From: an uncultured Candidatus Saccharibacteria bacterium
GTDB taxonomy: Bacteria > Patescibacteriota > Minisyncoccia > Phycocordibacterales > DSPV01
Direction: 5' to 3'
Length of the DNA: 64,000 bases
Assembly (NCBI GenBank): GCA_964617735.1
Contig: CAZTXT010000001.1
Span: forward strand, 459,589 to 523,588
Position numbers and translations under genes: made by a program
Notes under the pieces: generated by a model
What the model was told of the DNA's origin: nothing
The model's input: the letters and a program-made list of their open reading frames with translations, nothing else
Database searches by the model: none
Part shown: piece by piece, positions 37,785 to 46,611 of the stretch
Layout of the letters: each line of letters starts with the position of its first letter
Position numbering within the stretch: the stretch's first letter is position 1

Positions 37785-38495
37785 ATGTATGCATTACCTC
37801 CAAATATACTTCAGCGGTCTATTTGGATCCCAACGCGGCTGATTTTCCACTATTTCATACACCATACAATCCTCGGCCTTGAAAACCTATCGGGCCTAAA
37901 GACTGGGGTTGTTTTCGCTCTCAATCATAGCAGTGAATTGGATGCAGTTATCCTTCCCGCCTCTCTTCCGTTCTGGAGCAGATTTTTACCGATGTTCTAC
38001 CTTTCCCGCGAACGGAAATTTTACCAAAATAGCGGTTGGCGCCGCTATCTGTATGGTGGATTATTTTTTAAGCTTTGGGGAGCATACACGGTCGATGCCG
38101 GTAAGAAGGATTACGCGGTCGCGCTCAAAAACCACATCACGATGCTCAACGAAGGAAAAAGCATATGCATTTTCCCCGAAGGGAAGGTGAGTCCTGACGG
38201 AAGTGTGCGCAAAGGCCATGGAGGCGTCAGTTACCTCGCGTGGGAAAGCGGACATCCGGTAGTACCCGTCGCTATCGAGGGGGCATGGCATATGACGCTC
38301 TCCGATTTCCTGCTCCGCCGCCGTACCGTTACGATCCGCTTCGGGAAACCCTTCTTGATCGCCGATCTCTTTGCAACGCCCGGCAGGAAGCCCGAGATAA
38401 CTGCCACGCACAACGATTTTACGCTCGCTGCGGAGACCGTAATGGAACGCATTTCAGGACTTCTCAAAAATAAGGATCAGGTAAGAACTTCTTGA
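37785..38495 (+). CDS. plsC: 1-acyl-sn-glycerol-3-phosphate acyltransferase
   Basis: 'NHSSELD' (HX4D) and 'FPEGKVS' acyltransferase motifs. Confidence 0.8.
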   Translation: MYALPPNILQRSIWIPTRLIFHYFIHHTILGLENLSGLKTGVVFALNHSSELDAVILPASLPFWSRFLPMFYLSRERKFYQNSGWRRYLYGGLFFKLWGAYTVDAGKKDYAVALKNHITMLNEGKSICIFPEGKVSPDGSVRKGHGGVSYLAWESGHPVVPVAIEGAWHMTLSDFLLRRRTVTIRFGKPFLIADLFATPGRKPEITATHNDFTLAAETVMERISGLLKNKDQVRTS

Positions 38496-38546
38496 CAAGC
38501 ACGAGTGAGGTTGCTACCTTTTACGCGGAGCTAACCTGGAGGTGCT

Positions 38547-38744
38547 ATGAAAGCGATCCAAATTCCTGTAACCGCCTGGGAGAGCGGAACCAAGGGCATG
38601 GTACCGATCAAAATAGTGTTGCCCCGAATACGTCCAACGGGATGGCCCAAACCGATAAGGCCTCGTTCAGTGCCGATCCGAAAGGTCCTCATTGAGGCGA
38701 TCAGGGTATTCTGCAACAGTGGCCGTTTTTCCCGCAGACATTAA
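38547..38744 (+). CDS. hypothetical small basic Pro-rich protein (65 aa)
   Basis: Strong SD 'GGAGG' 4 nt before the ATG. Rho-independent terminator (agtcccgcaca-ttcg-tgtgcgggact + T-run) 18 nt after the stop. Confidence 0.45.
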   Translation: MKAIQIPVTAWESGTKGMVPIKIVLPRIRPTGWPKPIRPRSVPIRKVLIEAIRVFCNSGRFSRRH

Positions 38745-38809
38745 GGATCCGCGACTCCGGCAAGTCCCGCACATTCGTGTGCGGGACTTTTATTTGCTAC
38801 TATTGCTGC

Positions 38810-39763
38810 ATGAAAGATCATGACAAGAAAATATTACTTTCCGGCGTAAAACCGACCGGCCAGCCCCATATCGGCAACTATTTCGGCGCGATGCGCCAGT
38901 TCGTAGAACTCCAAAATCAATATGAGAGCTACTTTATGATCGCCGACTATCACGGCCTCAACACGGTACAAAAACCAGACATCATGAGAGAGAATATCCT
39001 CAATCTTGCTATCGATTACCTCGCGATCGGCCTTGATCCAAAGCATGCAGTCATTTTCAAACAGTCAGATGTCAGTGCCCATACTGAACTTGCATGGATC
39101 TTTGACACGATCACGACCATGCCATACCTGATGCGAGCCCACGCGTACAAAGATGCGGAAGCAAAGAATAAAGAGGTGAGCGTCGGTACGTTCAACTATC
39201 CCTTACTAATGGCAGCTGACATACTCCTCTACGATACGGATGTCGTGCCCGTGGGGCAGGATCAGAAACAACACATCGAGTACGCGCGCGACACAGCAGA
39301 GAAGTTCAATCGCATTTTTGGCAATGTCTTCAAACTACCAGAACCGCTGATCCTCCCGAATGTTGAAACAGTTAAGGGCATAGACGGGCAGAAAATGAGC
39401 AAGAGCCATCACAACACGATCCCGCTGTTCGCCGAGCGCGATGAGATCGAAACACTGGTCAAGGGAATCGTAACGGACTCTGGTGCCGGCATTCCGGAGA
39501 ATGTATATGCGATCCATAAACTCTTCCGTCCCGAGAACGAGCTGGCGAAACTCTACGGCGAGCACAAGGGCAAATACAAAGTTCTCAAAGAGGCGCTGGT
39601 CGCAGACATCGATGCGGCGCTTACCCCCTTACGTTCACGCCGTGAAAAACTCGCACAAGATCCTCAAAAGGTTCACGCGATCATCGCCGATGGTGCGACA
39701 AAAGCGCGTCAACGTGCCCAAAAGAAAATGGACCTTATTCGGGAACGGATCGGCGTCTCATGA
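38810..39763 (+). CDS. trpS: tryptophan--tRNA ligase
   Basis: 'SGVKPTGQPHIGNYFGA' (HIGH-type) and 'KMSKS'. Start at internal ATG 38810 with extended -10 TGCTACTAT-N6-ATG. Confidence 0.9.
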   Translation: MKDHDKKILLSGVKPTGQPHIGNYFGAMRQFVELQNQYESYFMIADYHGLNTVQKPDIMRENILNLAIDYLAIGLDPKHAVIFKQSDVSAHTELAWIFDTITTMPYLMRAHAYKDAEAKNKEVSVGTFNYPLLMAADILLYDTDVVPVGQDQKQHIEYARDTAEKFNRIFGNVFKLPEPLILPNVETVKGIDGQKMSKSHHNTIPLFAERDEIETLVKGIVTDSGAGIPENVYAIHKLFRPENELAKLYGEHKGKYKVLKEALVADIDAALTPLRSRREKLAQDPQKVHAIIADGATKARQRAQKKMDLIRERIGVS

Positions 39764-39818
39764 GGTATGCCCCGACCGATTCGGTAATGATCGCTGTGCT
39801 CTATTTGTTGTAACTATC

Positions 39819-40385
39819 ATGAAGACCGTGCTCAAAGGCTTTGTCGATTGGGTACCCATGGCCATAGCCATTATGGGCTTCAGCCTTTTGATCTATGCAA
39901 CGGTACAGCACAACTATCGCTCATCACTCAATGATCCCCAGATACAGATCGCCGAAGATGGGGCTCTGGCACTCCTCTCGGGAAAACAGCCTGCGGAGAT
40001 CGTCCCGCGCGTAACTCCGATCGATCTCAACAAAAGCCTCGCTCCGTTCATCGCGGTGGTAGACAGCGACGGCACGGTACTCGAGACAGACGCCGTGCTT
40101 GACGGCAAGCCACCTAAGCCTCCTGAAGGGATTTTCGCGTACGCAAAAGCGTACGGAGAAGATCGAGTGACCTGGCAGCCGAACGAAACCACCCGCATTG
40201 CCTTGGTGGTCAAATACGTTGGTAGCCGTTCGGGACGGTTCGTCGCCTCAGGTCGGAACATGCGGGAGATAGAAATACGGGAACGAGATCTGGAATTTCA
40301 AATTATCATTGCGATGCTCTTTTTGCTCGCCAGTACACTGATCTTTAAGATAATCGCGATGTTTATTATAAGAAAAACCGCGTAG
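39819..40385 (+). CDS. hypothetical membrane protein (N- and C-terminal TM helices, 188 aa)
   Basis: Internal ATG start after the trpS stop. Terminator at 40373-40408. Confidence 0.5.
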   Translation: MKTVLKGFVDWVPMAIAIMGFSLLIYATVQHNYRSSLNDPQIQIAEDGALALLSGKQPAEIVPRVTPIDLNKSLAPFIAVVDSDGTVLETDAVLDGKPPKPPEGIFAYAKAYGEDRVTWQPNETTRIALVVKYVGSRSGRFVASGRNMREIEIRERDLEFQIIIAMLFLLASTLIFKIIAMFIIRKTA

Positions 40386-40417
40386 TGCCCCTGGCATTAC
40401 GCGGTTTTATGAACACT

Positions 40418-40654
40418 CTAATCGAGAGCGTGGCCGGAGACGATCGAGAGTCGCTCCGCTTCAAGTTGTGCAGCCCTAATCTCTTTTTCCGAATTCTCCA
40501 GAAGGGAATTCTCCGCTCTCTTCTGCGAAGCATCCTCATGCAAAGGATGCGCTGGTTGAGCATCAGTCGGGGCCTGAATGTTTGGTTCGATCATTGGTGC
40601 GTTCATAGTGGGTATATGAAGAACTATATTCGTTTTTGATCCTGCCGCACCCAC
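40418..40654 (-). CDS. possible small ORF downstream of an attenuator-like leader (coding status uncertain)
   Basis: GTG start with no SD. Stop abuts the bidirectional terminator at 40373-40408. Low-complexity composition. Confidence 0.25.
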   Translation of the reverse strand: MGAAGSKTNIVLHIPTMNAPMIEPNIQAPTDAQPAHPLHEDASQKRAENSLLENSEKEIRAAQLEAERLSIVSGHALD

Positions 40655-40833
40655 GGCAAGAAAAGCGAAACGGGTTCCCGTTGGGAGCCCGTTTCTGTAA
40701 CGAAGGAGTTTCTGTTACAAAGACCAGCTCCCAACGCGCGCGTCCGCAGTAAGGACGAACGACGTGAGCATGATCTTGGCAATAGAGTAATACATGACAT
40801 CGTGATGATAGCATAGTCGATAATCGAGCGCAA
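40655..40833 (-). promoter_or_regulatory. minus-strand promoter plus attenuator-like structured leader (hairpin + pseudoknotted terminator)
   Basis: Promoter TTGCGC-17-TATCAT (plus coordinates 40833-40805). Hairpin tgtaac/gttaca. Terminator gaaacggg[loop]cccgtttc + GCUUUUCUU. A 10-bp pairing between the terminator loop (gcucccaacg) and an upstream cguugggagc. Confidence 0.35.
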
Positions 40834-40895
40834 AATAAAGCTGTGCAAACCCGAAAACCCTAGGCACTATGGGCTTTTTTTGCTACTATTGCCCC

Positions 40896-41645
40896 ATGTT
40901 CGATAGAATCGAAGAATACGGTTCGGGATTCACGGTTAAAACGCCTTCATTCGAAGGCCCTTTAGATCTCTTACTCGACCTTATTGAGAAACGCAAACTT
41001 TCCATCAGCGAAGTGTCGCTTTCAAAGGTGGCTGACGACTATATCGCTCACGTCAAGAGTCTATCTGAATTCCCAATATCGATGACCGCGCATTTCATAC
41101 TGGTAGCCTCTACGCTCTTGCTCATAAAATCACGATCGCTTCTGCCATCGCTTCAACTCTCCGAAGAAGAACAGGGGAGCATCGACGAATTGGAGCGCCG
41201 GCTCAAACTCTACAAACGAGCGCGTGAACTTTCGAGGCATATCCGGGAAAGGTTTGGCAAACATATCGCGTTCTCCTGTTCCCAGCGCGTTGCAGTAAGC
41301 GTTTTCTCGCCCGACAAAACAACGACCTTGGGGAATCTTTCGGCATTGATCAGAACTATCTTGCGCGATCTCCCCAAAGTCCCCGCGCTCGCGAAAGCGG
41401 TGGTGCAGAAGGTCATCAGTCTCGAAGAGATGATCGACCGTCTTACGGAGCGCATCAAAACCAACCTTAAGATCGGCTTTCGGGAGTTCGCCTTGGTAGG
41501 CAAGGCCGAGAAAGTCACTGTTATCGTGAGCTTCTTGGCGATGCTCGAGCTCGTCAAGCAGGGTGTCATATCCGTTCAGCAGCAGGGGCATTTCGATGAG
41601 ATTATGATGGAGACAGGAACCGTAGATGTTCCTCGATACACCTAA
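40896..41645 (+). CDS. scpA: segregation and condensation protein A
   Basis: 'FEGPLDLLLDLIEKRKLSISEVSLSKVADDY' ScpA signature. Extended -10 TGCTACTAT-N6-ATG. Confidence 0.85.
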   Translation: MFDRIEEYGSGFTVKTPSFEGPLDLLLDLIEKRKLSISEVSLSKVADDYIAHVKSLSEFPISMTAHFILVASTLLLIKSRSLLPSLQLSEEEQGSIDELERRLKLYKRARELSRHIRERFGKHIAFSCSQRVAVSVFSPDKTTTLGNLSALIRTILRDLPKVPALAKAVVQKVISLEEMIDRLTERIKTNLKIGFREFALVGKAEKVTVIVSFLAMLELVKQGVISVQQQGHFDEIMMETGTVDVPRYT

Positions 41646-42222
41646 ATTTGCCGATAGATCAAAAGCGCGCATGAATTTAGAAAAGAAAATCGAAGCACTC
41701 CTGTTCTGGAAAGCCGAACCGATGTCGGTCGAGAAGCTTGCGACTGGGCTCAAAGTCTCCGAAGCGGACGTAGAAACAGCGCTTGCCTCTCTGAAATCGA
41801 ATCTGGACGGTCGAGGTATCATCCTCATGCGGAAAGGGAGCGAGGCGATGCTGGCGACGGCGCCAGACGTCTCTGCGCTCATCGAACAGCTGACCAAAGA
41901 GGAACTGAATAAGGATTTGGGAAAGGCCGCTCTTGAAACACTCTCCATCGTTCTCTATTTCGGCCCTATCACGCGATCGGAGATCGATTATATCCGGGGC
42001 GTGAATTCGACCTTCGTGCTTCGCTCTCTTATGATCCGGGGTCTCATCGAGCGAGTGCAGAACAAGGACGATCAGCGCAGTTTTCATTACAAACCGACCT
42101 TCGAGCTCCTTTCCTTTCTCGGTATCGCCGACCTAAAAGACCTGCCTGAATACGAAACCGTGCAAGCGGACCTTGCCAACTTTAAAAAAGCCCAGGCTAG
42201 CCAGGATGCCGCCTATGAATAA
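41626..42222 (+). CDS. scpB: segregation and condensation protein B
   Basis: Tandem winged-helix ScpB ('ALLFWKAEPMSVEKLA...', 'LETLSIVLYFGPITRSEI'). Overlaps scpA. Confidence 0.85.
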   Translation: MFLDTPKFADRSKARMNLEKKIEALLFWKAEPMSVEKLATGLKVSEADVETALASLKSNLDGRGIILMRKGSEAMLATAPDVSALIEQLTKEELNKDLGKAALETLSIVLYFGPITRSEIDYIRGVNSTFVLRSLMIRGLIERVQNKDDQRSFHYKPTFELLSFLGIADLKDLPEYETVQADLANFKKAQASQDAAYE

Positions 42223-43222
42223 GCACAAAATCCATCTCGGTCCCGTTCCCCTTTGGCTCTCGAATCTGACGTTTTTCTTTTGTGTCGTCACCGCATCGCT
42301 CTCCCTGCTCTACTTCCACGCGCAACGTATAGTCCAAGAGAGAGAGGTATCCGCGCGAGCACAGGGGATGCTCATGGTACAACCGGGAGCTTTGAATGAT
42401 CCGTTCACCGCTCTTGATCTCAAAGCCAAAGCAGTAGCGGTGTATGACATCTCAACTAAACGGCTGATCTATGGGCGTAACGAGACGCAACAGCTGCCGC
42501 TCGCCTCATTGACCAAGATCATGACCACTATCGTCGCAGCAGGCATATTGCCGTCCTATACCTCGATCTCGATCGTACCTTCTGAAACTGAAGCGGATGT
42601 ACGCCTGCGTTCGGGAGAGATCTGGCCGCTATCCGACCTCGTGAACTACACTCTCTTGACTTCCTCGAATACCGGCGCGAACTCCATTGCCGCGGCAGCG
42701 GCTAGTGTGCTCTCCGGTCATGGATCGAGAGAAGGGGAGAGCGTCTCACCGGCATTCATCGCTGCGATGAATCGAAAGGCGGTAGAACTGAATCTCAACC
42801 AGACCTATTTTCTCAACAGCACCGGTCTTGATACTACAGTAAAGGTCGGTGGAGCATATGGCTCGGCATCGGATATCGCTCGCCTTTTCTCCTATGCGCT
42901 CAAACAGTATCCCGACGTAATGACAAGCACGAGTCTTCCGCAGGTAAATTTCACCGCGCCCGACGGACACACGATCACTGCAAAGAATACGAATCGCATC
43001 GTTTCAGAGCTACCTGGTATCATCGGCTCGAAAACTGGGTTCACTGACCTTGCCGGAGGCAATCTGGTCATTGCTTTCGATATAAGTTTCGGAGAGCCGA
43101 TCGTTATTGCAGTCTTAGGCTCCACCGAAGACGACCGCTTTACGGACGTATCCAAACTAGTGCAGGCGACTATAGCGTATTTCGGAGCTCCGCTGTCGTC
43201 GTATAATCGAACAATCGAATAG
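42215..43222 (+). CDS. D-alanyl-D-alanine carboxypeptidase (S11, PBP5/6-like)
   Basis: SxxK 'SLTK', SxN 'SSNTGA', KTG 'KTGFTD'. N-terminal TM or signal sequence. Confidence 0.8.
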   Translation: MNKHKIHLGPVPLWLSNLTFFFCVVTASLSLLYFHAQRIVQEREVSARAQGMLMVQPGALNDPFTALDLKAKAVAVYDISTKRLIYGRNETQQLPLASLTKIMTTIVAAGILPSYTSISIVPSETEADVRLRSGEIWPLSDLVNYTLLTSSNTGANSIAAAAASVLSGHGSREGESVSPAFIAAMNRKAVELNLNQTYFLNSTGLDTTVKVGGAYGSASDIARLFSYALKQYPDVMTSTSLPQVNFTAPDGHTITAKNTNRIVSELPGIIGSKTGFTDLAGGNLVIAFDISFGEPIVIAVLGSTEDDRFTDVSKLVQATIAYFGAPLSSYNRTIE

Positions 43223-43224
43223 TC

Positions 43225-44295
43225 ATGATCGTAGATATTGTAAAAGTCTTCATCCCCTCAACCGTAAGCTTCGTTGTCGGCATCGGCCTTTCCTTCATCT
43301 TAAGCCACTACCTATACCAGTACCGCATGTGGAAAAAGAGCGCGGGGAAAAAAGATTGGCAGGGGAATGAGACCCCGATATTCAACGAATTGCACCGCGA
43401 TCGCGAAGTTAAAGTCCCGAAAATGGGCGGCATCATAGTCTGGGGGAGCCCCGTGATCACCGCGATCATCATCTACTTAGCCTCTCTGCTTCTCCCTTCG
43501 GATTTCACCGAAAAACTTACCTTCTTAAGCCGAAATCAAACGTGGATACCGCTCGCTACACTCCTATTCGGGGGAATCGTAGGGCTCATCGACGACTATC
43601 TCGAAGTAACCGGAGGAGGGGACCATGTCTCTGGAGGACTTTCGCTTAAAAAACGCCTGCTTATCGTCTCGGCTATATCATTGATCGTAGCTATCTGGTT
43701 CTACATTAAGCTCGAATCGCATACCATCGGTATTCCATTCTACGGAGCACTGGATATCGGAGCTCTCTTCATTCCGCTCTTTATCATTGTCACCTTAGGG
43801 ATCTATTCCGGCGGAGTGATAGACGGAATAGACGGATTGGCTGGGGGTATATTCGCCGCGATCTTCAGCGCATACGCCGGCATCGCGTTCTACCAGCAGC
43901 AGGTGAATCTGGCTGCATTCTGCGCTACCATCGTCGGAGCGATCCTCGCATTCCTCTGGTTCAATATACCGCCGGCGCGATTCTATATGTCGGAGACGGG
44001 GAGCATGGCGTTGACGATCACTCTTGCCGCGGTTGCCTTCATGACCGACGCTGTTGACGGCGGACACGGCGTCTTCGCCCTGCCCATCATCGCGATGCCA
44101 CTCTTACTGACGACACTGTCGAATATCGTGCAGATATTCTCCAGAAAGGTCTTCAAGCGGAAAGTCTTTCTCGTAGCGCCGCTCCATCACCACTTCGAAG
44201 CGGTCGGCTGGCCGGCATATAAAGTAACCATGCGGTATTGGGTCATCGGGGTTGTATTCGCAATTATCGGCATGATCATCGGTCTTATCGGATGA
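43225..44295 (+). CDS. mraY: phospho-N-acetylmuramoyl-pentapeptide-transferase
   Basis: 'GLIDDY', 'GGVIDGIDGLAGG', 'APLHHHFE' MraY motifs; 10 TM. Confidence 0.9.
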   Translation: MIVDIVKVFIPSTVSFVVGIGLSFILSHYLYQYRMWKKSAGKKDWQGNETPIFNELHRDREVKVPKMGGIIVWGSPVITAIIIYLASLLLPSDFTEKLTFLSRNQTWIPLATLLFGGIVGLIDDYLEVTGGGDHVSGGLSLKKRLLIVSAISLIVAIWFYIKLESHTIGIPFYGALDIGALFIPLFIIVTLGIYSGGVIDGIDGLAGGIFAAIFSAYAGIAFYQQQVNLAAFCATIVGAILAFLWFNIPPARFYMSETGSMALTITLAAVAFMTDAVDGGHGVFALPIIAMPLLLTTLSNIVQIFSRKVFKRKVFLVAPLHHHFEAVGWPAYKVTMRYWVIGVVFAIIGMIIGLIG

Positions 44296-44296
44296 T

Positions 44297-45406
44297 ATGA
44301 GACGTTCACTTGCACCAGTCAATGGTTGGCTTCTCACGACGCTGATAACGCTCACGGCATTCGGGTTCATTATCTTCCTCTCCGCGTCCGTCGGTCTTGT
44401 CGCACGCGAGTCCGGAGCTAATTTCAGGGCGATCATTACTACGCAATTCATTTTTGGCCTCTTGCCGGGGCTCGTCGGAATGTATTTACTCTCACGCGTT
44501 CCCCACAAGGTATTTAGAAACTGGGCTTTTTACATTCTTCTTTTCTCTCTACTGCTGACACTCTCCGTCTTTATCCCCGGGCTCGGGTTCAGTCACGGAG
44601 GAGCCCAGCGCTGGATCTCCTTCGGGTCACATACCCTTCAGCCATCCGAATTGCTCAAGGTCGCCGTGATCATCTATCTGGCCGCTTGGTTTTCGATGGC
44701 GCATCGAAAACAGCGGATGGAAACTTTTCAATTCGGCACCTTACCGTTGCTTATGGTCTTGGGTATATCCGGGATCGTGCTTCTGCTACAGCCTGATGTC
44801 GATACCTTTTTGGTTACGTGCACGAGTGCCTTTGCCATGTACCTCGCCGCAGGGGCGAAGATCAAACACTTGGGGCTCTTAGTCCTACTCTTAGCGATCC
44901 TCTCCGGCACTCTCGTGATGGCGTTTCCATACGTCAAAAGCCGCGTACAGACGTTCTTTAACCCTCAACGGGACGCTCTCGGTGCCGGCTATCAGATACA
45001 GCAGTCGCTCATCGCAGTCGGATCCGGAGGGTTCTTCGGGAAAGGTTTTGGAAAAAGCGTGCAAAAATTCAGTTACTTGCCGGAACCTATCGGCGACTCC
45101 ATTTATGCGGTCGCGAGCGAAGAATTCGGATTTCTCGGCAGCGTCGGACTTCTCCTTCTCTTTTTCCTCCTGGCACATTTGGGTTTACGGATCGCAAGCA
45201 AGGCCCCTGACCCTTTCGGAAGATTTCTCGCCGTTGGTATCGTCGTGATGTTCCTCTCCCAAGCATTCGTCAATATCGGCGCGATGATCGGCATCATGCC
45301 GCTCTCGGGAATTACGCTGCCATTCGTCAGTCATGGGGGAACCGCGCTTCTCTTCAGTCTTGCCGAAGCGGGAATCCTTTTATCGATCTCAAGAACCACC
45401 GCTTAA
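44297..45406 (+). CDS. ftsW: SEDS-family peptidoglycan glycosyltransferase FtsW/RodA
   Basis: 10-TM SEDS profile; 'SEEFGFLG' and 'PLSGITLPFVSHGGTA' motifs. Confidence 0.85.
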   Translation: MRRSLAPVNGWLLTTLITLTAFGFIIFLSASVGLVARESGANFRAIITTQFIFGLLPGLVGMYLLSRVPHKVFRNWAFYILLFSLLLTLSVFIPGLGFSHGGAQRWISFGSHTLQPSELLKVAVIIYLAAWFSMAHRKQRMETFQFGTLPLLMVLGISGIVLLLQPDVDTFLVTCTSAFAMYLAAGAKIKHLGLLVLLLAILSGTLVMAFPYVKSRVQTFFNPQRDALGAGYQIQQSLIAVGSGGFFGKGFGKSVQKFSYLPEPIGDSIYAVASEEFGFLGSVGLLLLFFLLAHLGLRIASKAPDPFGRFLAVGIVVMFLSQAFVNIGAMIGIMPLSGITLPFVSHGGTALLFSLAEAGILLSISRTTA

Positions 45407-45473
45407 AGCATCCGATAACTATCCCCGAAGAACCTCTACAAATAAGGTGGGAGGGATGATATAGTTACTCTTA

Positions 45474-46598
45474 ATGAAGATACTGTTTACCGGAGGAGGA
45501 AGCGGTGGACATTTCTACCCGCTTATCGCCGTCGCGCAGAAGATCAACCACATCACTCACGACGAAAAGCTCATTACCCCCGAGCTCTTCTTTATGTCCG
45601 ACAGCGCGTATGACAGCCGGGCCCTTTTCGAGAACGATATTACCTTTGAAAAGGTATCGACCGGGAAACTCCGCCGATATTTCTCGATTAGAAACATCAT
45701 TGACACCTTCAAAACCATACGAGGCGTCGCCATTGGATTTTTCAAAGTGTTTCGCATCTATCCCGACGTGGTATTCGGAAAAGGCGGATATGCGAGTTTT
45801 CCCGCGCTGCTTTCTGCAAAAATACTGCGCATCCCCGTATTCATACACGAATCGGACACCGTACCCGGGCGCACCAACCGATGGGCAGGGAAGTTCGCGC
45901 GACGCATCGCGGTCTCCTACGCTCAAACAACCTCGTACTTCCCACAGGATAAAGTCGCGTGGACCGGAAATCCGGTCCGAGAGGAGATCATCAAACCCAT
46001 CGAAGGCGCCCATGAGCTTCTTCAGTTCGACAAGAATGTCCCGACCGTTTTAGTACTCGGTGGCTCACAAGGCGCCCAGCGCATCAACGATGCCATCCTC
46101 GACATACTACCCGAACTCGTTTCTAACTTCCAGGTGATCCATCAGGTAGGAGGGGATAATATAAAGCTGATAACCGAGATGAAGCCCGTCGTGCTTAAAG
46201 ACGCGGATTTGCAAAAACGATACAAGGCATTCGGCTACCTCGACAATCAATCCATGCAAATGGCGGCAAGCTGCGCCGATATCATCATTTCGCGCGCCGG
46301 TTCAACCATCTTTGAGATAGCGCTTTGGGGTGAACCTTCCATCATCATCCCGATCACCGATAGTAATGGAGACCACCAGCGGCAAAACGCCCGCGCGTAC
46401 GAGCAAAGCGGCTCATGTCTGGTCATCGAAGAGGCGAATCTCAAGCCGCATATCCTTCTCTCCGAGATCAAACGCATCGTGGAGAATCCGGAGTTGAAAC
46501 AACGTATGGCAGATGCTGCACGTGCGTTCGCCAAACCTGATGCCGCAGAGAAGATCGCCCACGAGATCATCCGTATCGCCCTCACGCACGAAAAATAA
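45474..46598 (+). CDS. murG: undecaprenyldiphospho-muramoylpentapeptide beta-N-acetylglucosaminyltransferase
   Basis: 'ILFTGGGSGGHFYP' and C-terminal 'GGSQGA' GT28 motifs. Confidence 0.9.
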   Translation: MKILFTGGGSGGHFYPLIAVAQKINHITHDEKLITPELFFMSDSAYDSRALFENDITFEKVSTGKLRRYFSIRNIIDTFKTIRGVAIGFFKVFRIYPDVVFGKGGYASFPALLSAKILRIPVFIHESDTVPGRTNRWAGKFARRIAVSYAQTTSYFPQDKVAWTGNPVREEIIKPIEGAHELLQFDKNVPTVLVLGGSQGAQRINDAILDILPELVSNFQVIHQVGGDNIKLITEMKPVVLKDADLQKRYKAFGYLDNQSMQMAASCADIIISRAGSTIFEIALWGEPSIIIPITDSNGDHQRQNARAYEQSGSCLVIEEANLKPHILLSEIKRIVENPELKQRMADAARAFAKPDAAEKIAHEIIRIALTHEK

Positions 46599-46611
46599 AA
46601 TTCCTTAGATC

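Noticed and set aside
38492-38695. 67-aa ORF overlapping the 38547 ORF in another frame
   Set aside because: It lacks an SD. The 38547 frame has a perfect GGAGG-ATG spacing and ends just before the terminator.
40563-40848. Minus-strand ORFs 40563..40814 and 40624..40848 (74-83 aa)
   Set aside because: These overlap each other and the predicted promoter and hairpins of the attenuator-like element. Composition is Arg/Ser/Cys-rich. They are more likely RNA structure read as ORFs.
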